This document shows positions 19,367-27,952 of a DNA stretch of 40,097 bases, piece after piece. Under the pieces are notes generated by a model. It ran no database searches and was not told the DNA's origin. It was given only the letters and a program-made list of their open reading frames with translations. The stretch comes from a bacterium. GTDB taxonomy: Bacteria; Zhuqueibacterota; Zhuqueibacteria; Oceanimicrobiales; Oceanimicrobiaceae. Position 1 is the first letter of the stretch; each line of letters opens with the position of its first letter. The translations under genes were made by a program, and so were the position numbers. The stretch is from the NCBI GenBank assembly GCA_046757165.1, contig JBHHXT010000027.1:1-40097 (forward strand), read 5' to 3'.

Positions 19367-21973
19367 TTAATGATCTTCCTGCAGAATATCTCTCTCCGTT
19401 CGCGCCAAATGGATGGCATTGAAGAGAAATTTGATCGTGCCCATAGTCATGGCACGGTATTGCGCCCGAATGCCAATCAGGACAACACGTCCCTCACCCA
19501 TTGGAACATTCAGCACGACGGGAAGTCCGGACAAGTCTCCTGCGTCAGCAGATTCACCAGGCGACGAGTCGATATGCTTGATTGTCGCAGCCACACCTGT
19601 ACGTCGCGTCCAGTATTTGGGGCGGAAAATTTCGCCACTGGATAAGAGCGCCGTGGCATGTCCTGGCATGCCATAGGCCAGCGGTTCAGAATTGTGCACG
19701 AGGAGCTCTAAGATGGCCTTGCTTGACGGAGGGAAATCCACCTGCCCCCTGAGTCGTTCCACAGGCAGGCCGAAGTATTCGACTGCAAATTCACACGACC
19801 GGCCGAGGGCGACCAGGGTGCCCCCTTTCATGACGAAAGCTTTGAGATTTTCGATCCCGCGGTCTGAGATGCCGTTTAGATAGGAGCGCGGCACCTGCGG
19901 CGTAAAGACGTTCGGCTTTAGCCTGCGCCAGCCATGGATGATTGCGTCCGGCGCCATGTCCGGCAGGATGATCACATCGAACGCCCCCTTGAGATTGTCG
20001 CTTCGAATTCTCGAGTTGAAGACCGTCTCAACCCTGAATTCAAATTTTTCCAGAAGCAGGCGCGTCCACCCCTCGTCCGCATTGGGTATCCAGGCCTGGA
20101 ACAAACCAATGCGCGGTTCGCGCAGCCGGTAGACTGGGCGGCCGCGAACATCGTACTTTGTTTGACGAACATCGATGGCAAGCTCCTGTGCCAGAAAATC
20201 CATTTTGTCTGCGTGTTTTTCGTTGGCCGGAACATAGATCGTTCCCGGCGGATAGCGCTGGCCCTGGACTTCGATTTGCTCGCCAAGCCAGTAGACCGTC
20301 TTGTTTTCCTCGAGCAGCCTGTTGACGGCGATGAAGCTGCGATTGCTTTCATGCCCGATCAAGTAGCTGCCGTTGACCTGCAGCAGGAGCCGCCGGGTGC
20401 GGGTCCGAATCGTGCGTACCGGGCTCAGGTTGGCCTTGAACGGCTTCTCCACCCTCACAGCTTCGACGCCCATGATAGCAGGCAAGACCCCGCTTCTCAC
20501 GGCACCGTGGGAGGCGAGCCCGTGGTTGCTGGTAGGAGCGTCTGGCCGTCTTCCCAAAAGGTGGTTGGCAAAAGGGCCAAGCGATTGTGACAGGAGCACA
20601 ACATAGTCGCCTTTGTTGAATTGACGCCCGCCGGCCCGAAAAGCCGAATTGGCCCGGTGAATTTCGACGCCGCTTTGCAGCAGGAAATCGAGCATTTGGG
20701 TGGCAACCACATCGTCATGTTGTTGTTGGTGAACAATGTAGGCATAAGGGGGCTCCTTTTTGCCACGTGCGAGAGCGTCGAGATTCATCCGGCAGAAGTT
20801 GTAAACAATCGTCTCTTTTTCGCTGGCTGCGATTTTCAGCATGGCCAGGATGGCAGCCAGCTCATAGTCGATCACATCGCGCAGGCGCCACCATCCCCCG
20901 GGCCAGGGCTCGCTCTCCTTTCGTATGCGGGTGCCGCCATCGGCTCGCCGCAGACTTCCCTTGGGAAAATATACCGGTGTGGCGAGCACAACATTGGCAG
21001 CGGACGCATGGATGCCTATTCGGTGTTGCCACCAGGCGCTCGGTGCCAGCAGGCCTGAGAGCTCGTTTTCGGTCCAGGGAGCCTGTTGCACGCCGACCAA
21101 CGATTGTACCGTCAGATTGGCGGTAATAGTTTTGCCAAATCGCTGCAATTGTTGGCGCAGAAGCGGATGAAGATCAGGAGTGCTTTCCGAGACGCTGGTT
21201 TGCAGCCAAAACCGCGCCTCTTGCGAATTTGTTTCTTCTTGAATGTAGATGATCTCCGGAAACCACACCTGGTAGATCTGTTTGGCAACCATGCGGGTTT
21301 CAGGCAAATTCATCGCGACCCAGTCATGGTTGTACTCGTCGCCTGCGTAAGGGTGGCTCAGGTCCGTCAAAGGACTGCTTTCATGCGGGGTGTCGAGATA
21401 TTTGTCGTACCATTGTATCGCACGTTGCAAGCCGTCAGGATTCATACACGGCACGAGCAAAAGGAGCACATTGTCCAGGATCTTCTGTCTCTCAGGGTCA
21501 TGAGCGGAGGCCAATTGGTAGGCGAGCTCGAGTCCCGTCTGGCTGGAAGCGACAGCGTCGGAGCTGGCGTTCAACAGCACCATGACTACCACCACGTTCC
21601 GGCGGGCGAGCAAACGCGCATCTTGATCGCTCAATTGCCGCGGGTTGACTGCCTGCCGCTGCAAGTTCTTGTACTTTGCCAGATTCCTGAGATTGTGCGC
21701 CGATGAAATGATCGCCATCAAAAAAGGATCGCCCAGAGTCGTTTTGCCCAGTTCTTCCAGCCGAAGACGGTCCGACTTCTCAGCCAACATTTGAAAGTAT
21801 GCCACGATCTTTTGCCAGTCAACCACGGTTTTGTCGGCGCCAATCTTATGACCGACAAAAATCTCTGGCGGCTCAATCTGGCCAGCCAGCCGACTCGCTG
21901 GCAGGGCCAGAAGCAAAAGGGCAAGGAAACAGCTCAACGGGCGACGGACTTTTGTATACGTGTGGATAACCAT
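19367..21973 (-). CDS. M14 zinc-carboxypeptidase-like protein, probably catalytically inactive
   Basis: Overall M14 pattern (G.TT.G, ILDNV.LL.VP..NPDG, PWPGGWWRLRD, DEGWTR.LLE) is present, but the HxxE, NR, third-His and catalytic Glu positions appear substituted. Confidence 0.8.
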   Translation of the reverse strand: MVIHTYTKVRRPLSCFLALLLLALPASRLAGQIEPPEIFVGHKIGADKTVVDWQKIVAYFQMLAEKSDRLRLEELGKTTLGDPFLMAIISSAHNLRNLAKYKNLQRQAVNPRQLSDQDARLLARRNVVVVMVLLNASSDAVASSQTGLELAYQLASAHDPERQKILDNVLLLLVPCMNPDGLQRAIQWYDKYLDTPHESSPLTDLSHPYAGDEYNHDWVAMNLPETRMVAKQIYQVWFPEIIYIQEETNSQEARFWLQTSVSESTPDLHPLLRQQLQRFGKTITANLTVQSLVGVQQAPWTENELSGLLAPSAWWQHRIGIHASAANVVLATPVYFPKGSLRRADGGTRIRKESEPWPGGWWRLRDVIDYELAAILAMLKIAASEKETIVYNFCRMNLDALARGKKEPPYAYIVHQQQHDDVVATQMLDFLLQSGVEIHRANSAFRAGGRQFNKGDYVVLLSQSLGPFANHLLGRRPDAPTSNHGLASHGAVRSGVLPAIMGVEAVRVEKPFKANLSPVRTIRTRTRRLLLQVNGSYLIGHESNRSFIAVNRLLEENKTVYWLGEQIEVQGQRYPPGTIYVPANEKHADKMDFLAQELAIDVRQTKYDVRGRPVYRLREPRIGLFQAWIPNADEGWTRLLLEKFEFRVETVFNSRIRSDNLKGAFDVIILPDMAPDAIIHGWRRLKPNVFTPQVPRSYLNGISDRGIENLKAFVMKGGTLVALGRSCEFAVEYFGLPVERLRGQVDFPPSSKAILELLVHNSEPLAYGMPGHATALLSSGEIFRPKYWTRRTGVAATIKHIDSSPGESADAGDLSGLPVVLNVPMGEGRVVLIGIRAQYRAMTMGTIKFLFNAIHLARTERDILQEDH

Positions 21974-22032
21974 CAATCGAAACCTGTGGCCGGTGTCTTT
22001 GTAAGTCCCTGTTAATCAAAGGATAGACGGCT

Positions 22033-22059
22033 TAGTCAAAACACGGTCAGAGACTGTGT
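22033..22059. repeat. REP-like hairpin, copy 1 (copy 2 at 24159..24185)
   Basis: TAGTCAAAACACGGTCAGAGACTGTGT; 8-bp stem; 24/27 identical to copy 2. Confidence 0.75.
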
Positions 22060-22073
22060 CGTTGCACATCTCC

Positions 22074-23714
22074 TTAATCTCGCATGCGCCTAAACGGTTC
22101 ATTCTCGTGCCATACAGGCATTTCGGGGGCGTTTGCAAGATACAAGCCGGCTTTCAAGGCGAACTGGGCGATCTGGGCAGTGCCTTCGAGACTCCAATTC
22201 GGATCGAATTCGTCATCGACCGTGTGATAGCGGTTTTGCCAGTAGTCGCGGCTCGTCCGCGCTCCCCAGTCCGCAGGTTTGCTCCAGTAGTTCAGTCCGC
22301 CATTCAGAACCATCGCGGGCACCCCCTTTTTTGCGAAGCTGAATTGGTCTGAGCGAAAAAAGAGTCCCTGTCCGGGTTCAGGGTCCGGTGAGAGTTCGAG
22401 GTTCATTTCATGGGCGACCCTTCGCACGACCCCTTCCAATGTTGAGCGCTCGGCACCCAGCGCGATGATATCTCTGGTGCGGCCATGAACATTCAAAGCG
22501 TCGATGTTCAGGTTTGCTGCGATGTTCTCCAGCGGGAAAGTGGGGTGTTCGGCATAAAACTGCGAGCCAAGCAAGCCAGACTCTTCCGCGGTGACGGCCG
22601 CAAACAGAACCGTCCGCTTCGGCTTGATTGGGCTGTGTGCGAACGCTCTGGCGATGGCCAGAAGCGCCGAAGTCCCGGAAGCATTGTCGATGGCGCCGTT
22701 GAAGATGCCATCTCCCTCAGCCGCGTCATTCTTGCCCAGATGGTCATAATGACTGGTGTAGATGATGGCTTGTTGCCGCAAAAGCGGGTCACTGCCCTCC
22801 AGCCTGGCGATGACGTTCGCTGCGGAAATGCCCCGGATTCGGTTTCGAATGACAGCAGAAACCCTCAGGTCAAGCGGGAGTGGACTGAAGGAGGAAGAAG
22901 CGGCTTGCGCGATGAGCGCGTGCAAGTCGAAGCTGCCAGCTCGCAAGATCTCCTGTGCCATCTGCTCGGTGATCCAGGCTTGCAGTGAGAGCACGTTGGC
23001 CTGTCCAGGGGGTCTGATTTGAAAGCGCTCGCGCGTGCGTGAGTTTTGCACCACATTCCAGTCATAGCCGGCCATGGGCGCCGTGTGAATCAAAATGACC
23101 CCTTCCGCACCCTTGCGCGCGGCTTCTTCAAACTTGTAGGTCCAGCGCGCATAATAAGTCAGCGCCTCACCGGCAAAAAACGACTCACTCTGCGACGGCG
23201 GCTCATTGACGAGCATCAACAGCACCTTGCCCGTGACATCGATACCCCTGTAATCATTCCAGTTGAATTCAGGTGCGTCGATGCCGTAGCCGACAAAAAG
23301 GACTTCCTTGTTTCTAATAGAGACGTTCTCCTGCTCGAGTTGTGTCCAGGCAACGAAGTCCTGGCCCGGGCGCAGTTGCCAGAAAGCGCCAAAGCCCCGT
23401 ATCTGCAGGAACGGCGTGGGCTTGATGCCGATCAATTCTACCTGCTGGAAATAGGTCGAGTCACCCACGGCCGGCAGCAGGCTGGCTTCCTGAAACTGCG
23501 AGGCAATATATTTGGCGGCCATTTCAGCGCCGCGTGTGCCAGGCGCACGCCCTTCCATGATGTCATCCGACAATATTCTTAGATGTGCCCGCAGCTCATC
23601 GGGGCTGATGGCGCCATCGAGTCTGCCCAGGGCTTCAGGAGATTGGCAGCGTGCCAGCAGCAGGGCCGCAAGAATCAGCGCGCCGTGAATGATTCGTACT
23701 TGCATTTGGGGCAT
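22074..23714 (-). CDS. M28-family aminopeptidase with a PA domain
   Basis: EGRAPGT.G, FVGYGI.APE..W.DY, SHYDHLG, GAIDNASG, AEESGL, NID and YHT.DDE. Start ATG 23714 follows GAGGAG. Confidence 0.92.
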   Translation of the reverse strand: MPQMQVRIIHGALILAALLLARCQSPEALGRLDGAISPDELRAHLRILSDDIMEGRAPGTRGAEMAAKYIASQFQEASLLPAVGDSTYFQQVELIGIKPTPFLQIRGFGAFWQLRPGQDFVAWTQLEQENVSIRNKEVLFVGYGIDAPEFNWNDYRGIDVTGKVLLMLVNEPPSQSESFFAGEALTYYARWTYKFEEAARKGAEGVILIHTAPMAGYDWNVVQNSRTRERFQIRPPGQANVLSLQAWITEQMAQEILRAGSFDLHALIAQAASSSFSPLPLDLRVSAVIRNRIRGISAANVIARLEGSDPLLRQQAIIYTSHYDHLGKNDAAEGDGIFNGAIDNASGTSALLAIARAFAHSPIKPKRTVLFAAVTAEESGLLGSQFYAEHPTFPLENIAANLNIDALNVHGRTRDIIALGAERSTLEGVVRRVAHEMNLELSPDPEPGQGLFFRSDQFSFAKKGVPAMVLNGGLNYWSKPADWGARTSRDYWQNRYHTVDDEFDPNWSLEGTAQIAQFALKAGLYLANAPEMPVWHENEPFRRMRD

Positions 23715-23753
23715 TGTTCTCCTCGAGGTCGTGAAAAGTGACATCGTTTCTTA

Positions 23754-23781
23754 ACGCAGAGATGCCACGCTCGCAGAGTGT
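23754..23781. repeat. Dispersed copy of the left arm of the atpD-atpC repeat
   Basis: ACGCAGAGATGCCACGCTCGCAGAGTGT versus 16024-16051, 25/28 identical. Confidence 0.7.
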
Positions 23782-23867
23782 CGCAGAGATTTTCACTGTG
23801 TATGAAGAATAATTCATCGCGCTGCAAAAAGCGGGCATGATCCGACACCGTTTGCAGCGGCGAGTCC

Positions 23868-24071
23868 AAAACATGTCACTCCTACGGAGTTTTGACGATT
23901 CTGATGGTCGGATTTTTATAAACATGTCATCCCTGGCGGGGTTGACGTTCATTGTGTCACGCGATGTGACCATCAGTCAAGACAGCCAACAGAGGCAACA
24001 ACCGCGGAGCGGTGACATGTTTATAGTGTGTCCGGTTGATCTAACATCAAACCCCGTTATGGGTGACATGT
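23868..24071. repeat. Symmetric four-unit REP/REPIN-like cluster (> > < <)
   Basis: ACATGTCA plus hairpin at 23871 and 23922; inverted TGACATGT at 24013 and 24064; 51-bp period on both sides; common centre at 23971. Confidence 0.85.
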
Positions 24072-24158
24072 CAATGGCTTTTTCTACCAGATGCAGCTGA
24101 ACACCATTAGCCCAAACAGGACGACTGCAGATTACCATGTTATTTCTGCGCAACCCCC

Positions 24159-24185
24159 TAGTCAAAACATGGTCACAGACCGTGT
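24159..24185. repeat. REP-like hairpin, copy 2 (copy 1 at 22033..22059)
   Basis: TAGTCAAAACATGGTCACAGACCGTGT. Confidence 0.75.
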
Positions 24186-24235
24186 TGGATCATCCCTGGA
24201 CCTTTTTTGCGGTCTACTTTACTTTTGCACACCTC

Positions 24236-25300
24236 CTAAGCTGGCCACACTCCAGGAATGACTTCCCCACAGCTACAGCATCCCTTGATGAGGTGATTCT
24301 CCAGGATTTGAAATCCAAATCTGGAGATGAGTTTCTTGTGACAGCTCGGGCAATAGGTGTTTTCGAGATCACCGACGTGCCCCGGCAGATTGCCGGCGTA
24401 GACAAACTTGAGGCCTGCCTGTCTCCCGTTCTCGGCGGCCCGGAGCAATGTATGAGGTGAGGTGTTGTCTGGCTCATTCATCCTGTAGTCCTGGTGGAAA
24501 GCGGTGACATGCCACGGAATGTCAGGTGAGATGCCCGCGACAAATTCTGCCATAGCTTTGACCTCGTCATCCGAATCGTTAAATCCCGGAACCAGCAGCG
24601 TGACAATTTCAAGCCAGAATCCCCGCTCATGCACCATGGCAATGGTATCCAGGACATTCTGCAACACCCCACCAAGCTTGCGATAGTTTTTGTCCTGAAA
24701 CGATTTCAGGTCGATTTTGTAAAGGTCGGTAAAGGGCCGGATATAGTCAAGCACTTCCGGTGTTGCGTTGCCGTTCGATACGTAACCGGTGACAAAACCC
24801 GCCTCCTTGGCAAGCTTAAAGACTTGCATCGCCCATTCGCTGGTGATGAGGGGCTCGTTGTAACTGCTCACCACCAGGGCGGCGTTATGTCTTTTTCCCA
24901 GGTCGATCAAATCGACAGGTTTGACATCTCGTGGCCGGGCCACGGCCCTGGCATCGCGCAGCGCCTGGGAGGTGACCCAATTCTGACAATAGGAGCAATG
25001 ATAGTCGCAGCCTAACATGCCAAATGTTACGGCTAGCGAGCCAGGATGAACGTGGTAAAAAGGCTTTTTTTCAGTGGGATCGCATTGAATCCCTGCCGCA
25101 TAATTGGCTGGCACAAACAATTTGCCGCCGCTGTTGAAGCGAACGCGGCAAATCCCCTCCCTGCCCTCCCGGATCAAACAGCGGTGGCCACAGGCAAAAC
25201 AGGTTAAACTGTTATCCGGGTGAGTCTCACAAAGTTCCCCCTCGATTGTGTACGTCTTAAGGAGGGCCTCGAGTGTGAACGCCTCATGCATGGGATGCAC
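24236..25300 (-). CDS. amrS: AmmeMemoRadiSam system radical SAM enzyme
   Basis: C..C.H.C.I..G..G.C.VR.N, DP.EKKP.YH..PG, CDYHCSYCQNW (CxxxCxxC), YNEP, IPWHVTAFH..Y.M and T.CP.C. The start may instead be ATG 25291. Confidence 0.9.
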   Translation of the reverse strand: MHPMHEAFTLEALLKTYTIEGELCETHPDNSLTCFACGHRCLIREGREGICRVRFNSGGKLFVPANYAAGIQCDPTEKKPFYHVHPGSLAVTFGMLGCDYHCSYCQNWVTSQALRDARAVARPRDVKPVDLIDLGKRHNAALVVSSYNEPLITSEWAMQVFKLAKEAGFVTGYVSNGNATPEVLDYIRPFTDLYKIDLKSFQDKNYRKLGGVLQNVLDTIAMVHERGFWLEIVTLLVPGFNDSDDEVKAMAEFVAGISPDIPWHVTAFHQDYRMNEPDNTSPHTLLRAAENGRQAGLKFVYAGNLPGHVGDLENTYCPSCHKKLISRFGFQILENHLIKGCCSCGEVIPGVWPA

Positions 25301-25377
25301 GCAAAATCAAAGAGATGCTCTGGCATTTGTAGGGGTCGCCATGATGACTCTCGCGCACAAAAGCGAGAAGAAAGGAA

Positions 25378-25707
25378 CTAAACCGCCGGCCTCATTTCGT
25401 TGTTCCGTGGCCGGTAGTGGGTCTGAATCAATTGTTGCAAGCCGCGTCGAATTCTTTGCGGACTGACGGAGATGATTTCGCAGCACTTTTCAAAGGAGAA
25501 GATATAGTCGGTGTTCTTTTCTTCAAAAATCCAAAATTTCGCGCTCCTGAAGTTTTTTTCGAGCTGGCTGAGCTCGTGGTCCTGGCCTTTGGCGCGCAAT
25601 CTGTCTATTTTGTGAGGATTATTCCCATCAATATAGTCCTTAACTGCCCTAAGAATCACAGAGACTATCAATTTACGTTCTGTAAGTTGATTTCCTCTCT
25701 TCTCCAT
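25378..25707 (-). CDS. Small hypothetical protein (ERKL..V..RA..D...A..WIF......FSF..CC.......IR..L pattern)
   Basis: GAGG RBS, its own promoter, AT-rich composition; resembles an uncharacterised small-protein family. Confidence 0.7.
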   Translation of the reverse strand: MEKRGNQLTERKLIVSVILRAVKDYIDGNNPHKIDRLRAKGQDHELSQLEKNFRSAKFWIFEEKNTDYIFSFEKCCEIISVSPQRIRRGLQQLIQTHYRPRNNEMRPAV

Positions 25708-25820
25708 TTTTTCCTCGTAGTTAGTCTACACTTAAGTTTAGAACGAGCACATGCGGGCGGGCAAAAAACTGAGTTGGAACGAAAGAAATTGCTATCATCA
25801 ATGGTCCCTTTGAGTGTTTA

Positions 25821-25849
25821 AATATAATAATAATTTGCATCTAAATCAA
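25821..25849 (-). promoter_or_regulatory. Putative sigma70 promoter of 25378..25707
   Basis: TTGATT-N17-TATATT. Confidence 0.55.
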
Positions 25850-25890
25850 GTTAAACTTTTACTTTCAAGAAACAGGGGGCAAATCTTGCG

Positions 25891-26448
25891 CTACTTTATC
25901 AACCGGGTAACGGTCTTGAATTCCGGTGTCCCGGCTTGCTCCAGCAGCTCAAACAGCACGCTTTCCACCGAGGTCAGAATCACGCCGGCGCGGGCCATCC
26001 GTTCGAGCGCCGTGTCATAATCCAGCACCTTGCGCGATGAAACGCCGTCTTTGGGAACATGCACTTGAAAGCCTCTGGTGAGCAAGTCAAGGGCTGTTTG
26101 TTGCACGCAGACGTGGCACTCGATCCCGACAACGATGACTTGTTTGACCCCTTGCTGATTCATCTGCGCCAGCAGCTCTTCCGAACCGCAACAGCTAAAG
26201 GTCATCTTTTGAACCGGAACGGCTCCCCCGAGAGCCTCCAGGATCGCACCTTCGGTCGGCCCCAATCCTTGCGGATACTGCTCTGTGATGAAAATCGGGA
26301 TCTCCAGTGTCTGGCATGCTTTGATGAGCTTTACTGCACTTGCGACCACCCGGTCACCGGCTTGCATCACAGCGTTGATCTTTTTTTGCACATCGATGAT
26401 CAGCAGGACAGAGTGGCGTTTGTCCAGGATTTGTGGGTTTCGATGCAT
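25891..26448 (-). CDS. Isochorismatase-family cysteine hydrolase (YcaC-like)
   Basis: LLIIDVQ, TEQYPQGLGPT, K..FSC and GIECHVCVQQTALDL. Confidence 0.9.
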   Translation of the reverse strand: MHRNPQILDKRHSVLLIIDVQKKINAVMQAGDRVVASAVKLIKACQTLEIPIFITEQYPQGLGPTEGAILEALGGAVPVQKMTFSCCGSEELLAQMNQQGVKQVIVVGIECHVCVQQTALDLLTRGFQVHVPKDGVSSRKVLDYDTALERMARAGVILTSVESVLFELLEQAGTPEFKTVTRLIK

Positions 26449-26564
26449 ACCTGTCCTGCGTGTTGTCAAAGAGTGATTAGAATTCTGGCTGGGAGTCACA
26501 ATAGACAAATATAGCAAAAACCCCTTATGAATCCAAATAAAATTTGAAAAGGTCGCAAAAAGCC

Positions 26565-26612
26565 TTGATATTGTCGAGAGAGTTGTTAGATTAACGGTTG
26601 AGCAATCGTTCA
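26565..26612 (+). promoter_or_regulatory. Promoter plus SmtB/ArsR-type operator of the metal operon
   Basis: TTGATA-N16-TAGATT with an extended TGn; imperfect inverted repeat TGAGCAATCGTTCA (26599-26612) near the predicted start site. Confidence 0.55.
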
Positions 26613-26630
26613 CTCGTAAGGACGCTGAGA

Positions 26631-26987
26631 ATGTTTGAAACAACCGATAGCTGTGACGTCTTTTATGTCGACAGACAAAAGGTGAAGGCCGTTGAGCAGA
26701 AGCTCGCTGCCAGTGTCCGTCTCTATGAGCTGACGGAAACGTTCAAGGTGCTGGGTGACCCGACCCGGCTCAAGATCATTCTTGCGTTAAAGGAAGGTGA
26801 GCTGTGTGTGTGTGACCTGGCGACATTGCTGGGCGTGACCCGGTCGGCGGTTTCGCACCAGCTTCGGTTGCTGAAGAACCTTCGTTTGGTAAGACTTCGT
26901 CGAGACGGCAAGATCTCATACTACTCCCTGCAAGATACGCACATCAGTGATTTGATAAATATTGCCCTGGAGCATTTACATGAATGA
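26631..26987 (+). CDS. ArsR/SmtB-family metal-sensing repressor (CadC/SmtB/ZiaR-like)
   Basis: FK.LGDPTRL.I, ELCVCDL (alpha3 site), SAVSHQLR.L, and the alpha5 site DxHx10Hx2E (DTHISDLINIALEHLHE). Confidence 0.93.
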   Translation: MFETTDSCDVFYVDRQKVKAVEQKLAASVRLYELTETFKVLGDPTRLKIILALKEGELCVCDLATLLGVTRSAVSHQLRLLKNLRLVRLRRDGKISYYSLQDTHISDLINIALEHLHE

Positions 26988-27029
26988 TAATTCTTGTTCC
27001 TGCGTCAAAAAAATGCGAGAAGATGAATC

Positions 27030-27890
27030 ATGGACAAGATGATTCCTGTTAACAAAGTCCTGGGTGGGGATTGCGCAGAGGTTCTGCGTGACTTTCCTGA
27101 GAACTGCATTGATTTGATTGTCACCTCGCCGCCTTATGCCGATAGCCGTAAGAACACATACGGCGGTATTCATCCTGACCACTATGTTGAGTGGTTCTTG
27201 CCGAAGGCGGAACAGTTCTACAGAGTCCTCAAGCACAATGGCACGTTCATCTTGAATATCAAAGAAAAGGCGGTCAATGGCGAGCGCCATACATATGTGA
27301 TTGAGTTGATTCTTGCTCTGAAAAAACACGGGTGGCTCTGGACAGAAGAATTTGTCTGGCACAAGAAAAACTGTTATCCGGGCAAATGGCCCAACCGGTT
27401 TCGGGATGCATGGGAAAGATGCATTCAATTCAATAAGTCCAAGAACTTCAAGATGTTCCAGGAGGCGGTCATGGTTCCGACAGGGAATTGGGCCAGCGCC
27501 AGACTCAGAAATCTGAGTGAGACGGACAAACAACGCGACGAATCGAGAGTAGAAAGCGGCTTTGGGAAGAACATTTCTAATTGGATCGGGCGCGAAAAAG
27601 CTTATCCCACCAATGTCCTGCATTTGTCGACCGAATGCTCGAACCGCAGCCACAGCGCAACATTTCCGGCCTCCCTGCCAACCTGGTTCATCAAACTGTT
27701 TACGACAGAAGGGGACATTGTCCTCGATCCCTTCCTGGGGTCCGGAACAACCGCGATTGCGGCAAAAGAGCTGGGAAGAAAATATGTCGGGATTGACACC
27801 AACGAGGAGTATTGTGAATTGGCGAGAAAGCAGCTCAAACATCTTTATGTTCAAGGACGGTTGTCCTGGGCATCTGCTACGCCAAGGTGA
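27030..27890 (+). CDS. Orphan site-specific DNA methyltransferase (beta class, probably N4-cytosine)
   Basis: Motif IV TSPPY near the N-terminus; HSATFP and motif I VLDPFLGSGTT near the C-terminus; no adjacent endonuclease gene. Confidence 0.93.
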   Translation: MDKMIPVNKVLGGDCAEVLRDFPENCIDLIVTSPPYADSRKNTYGGIHPDHYVEWFLPKAEQFYRVLKHNGTFILNIKEKAVNGERHTYVIELILALKKHGWLWTEEFVWHKKNCYPGKWPNRFRDAWERCIQFNKSKNFKMFQEAVMVPTGNWASARLRNLSETDKQRDESRVESGFGKNISNWIGREKAYPTNVLHLSTECSNRSHSATFPASLPTWFIKLFTTEGDIVLDPFLGSGTTAIAAKELGRKYVGIDTNEEYCELARKQLKHLYVQGRLSWASATPR

Positions 27891-27952
27891 AAACTTCGTT
27901 CTTGAGACGATATAGTGGCAACCTGGATCATGCATGATTTAAGGAAGAACTC

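Noticed and set aside
23868..24071. CRISPR array
   Set aside because: Only two direct and two inverted degenerate units, and no cas genes.
27030..27952. Complete type II restriction-modification system
   Set aside because: The flanking gaps are only 42 and 62 bp, and no endonuclease ORF or recognisable remnant was found.
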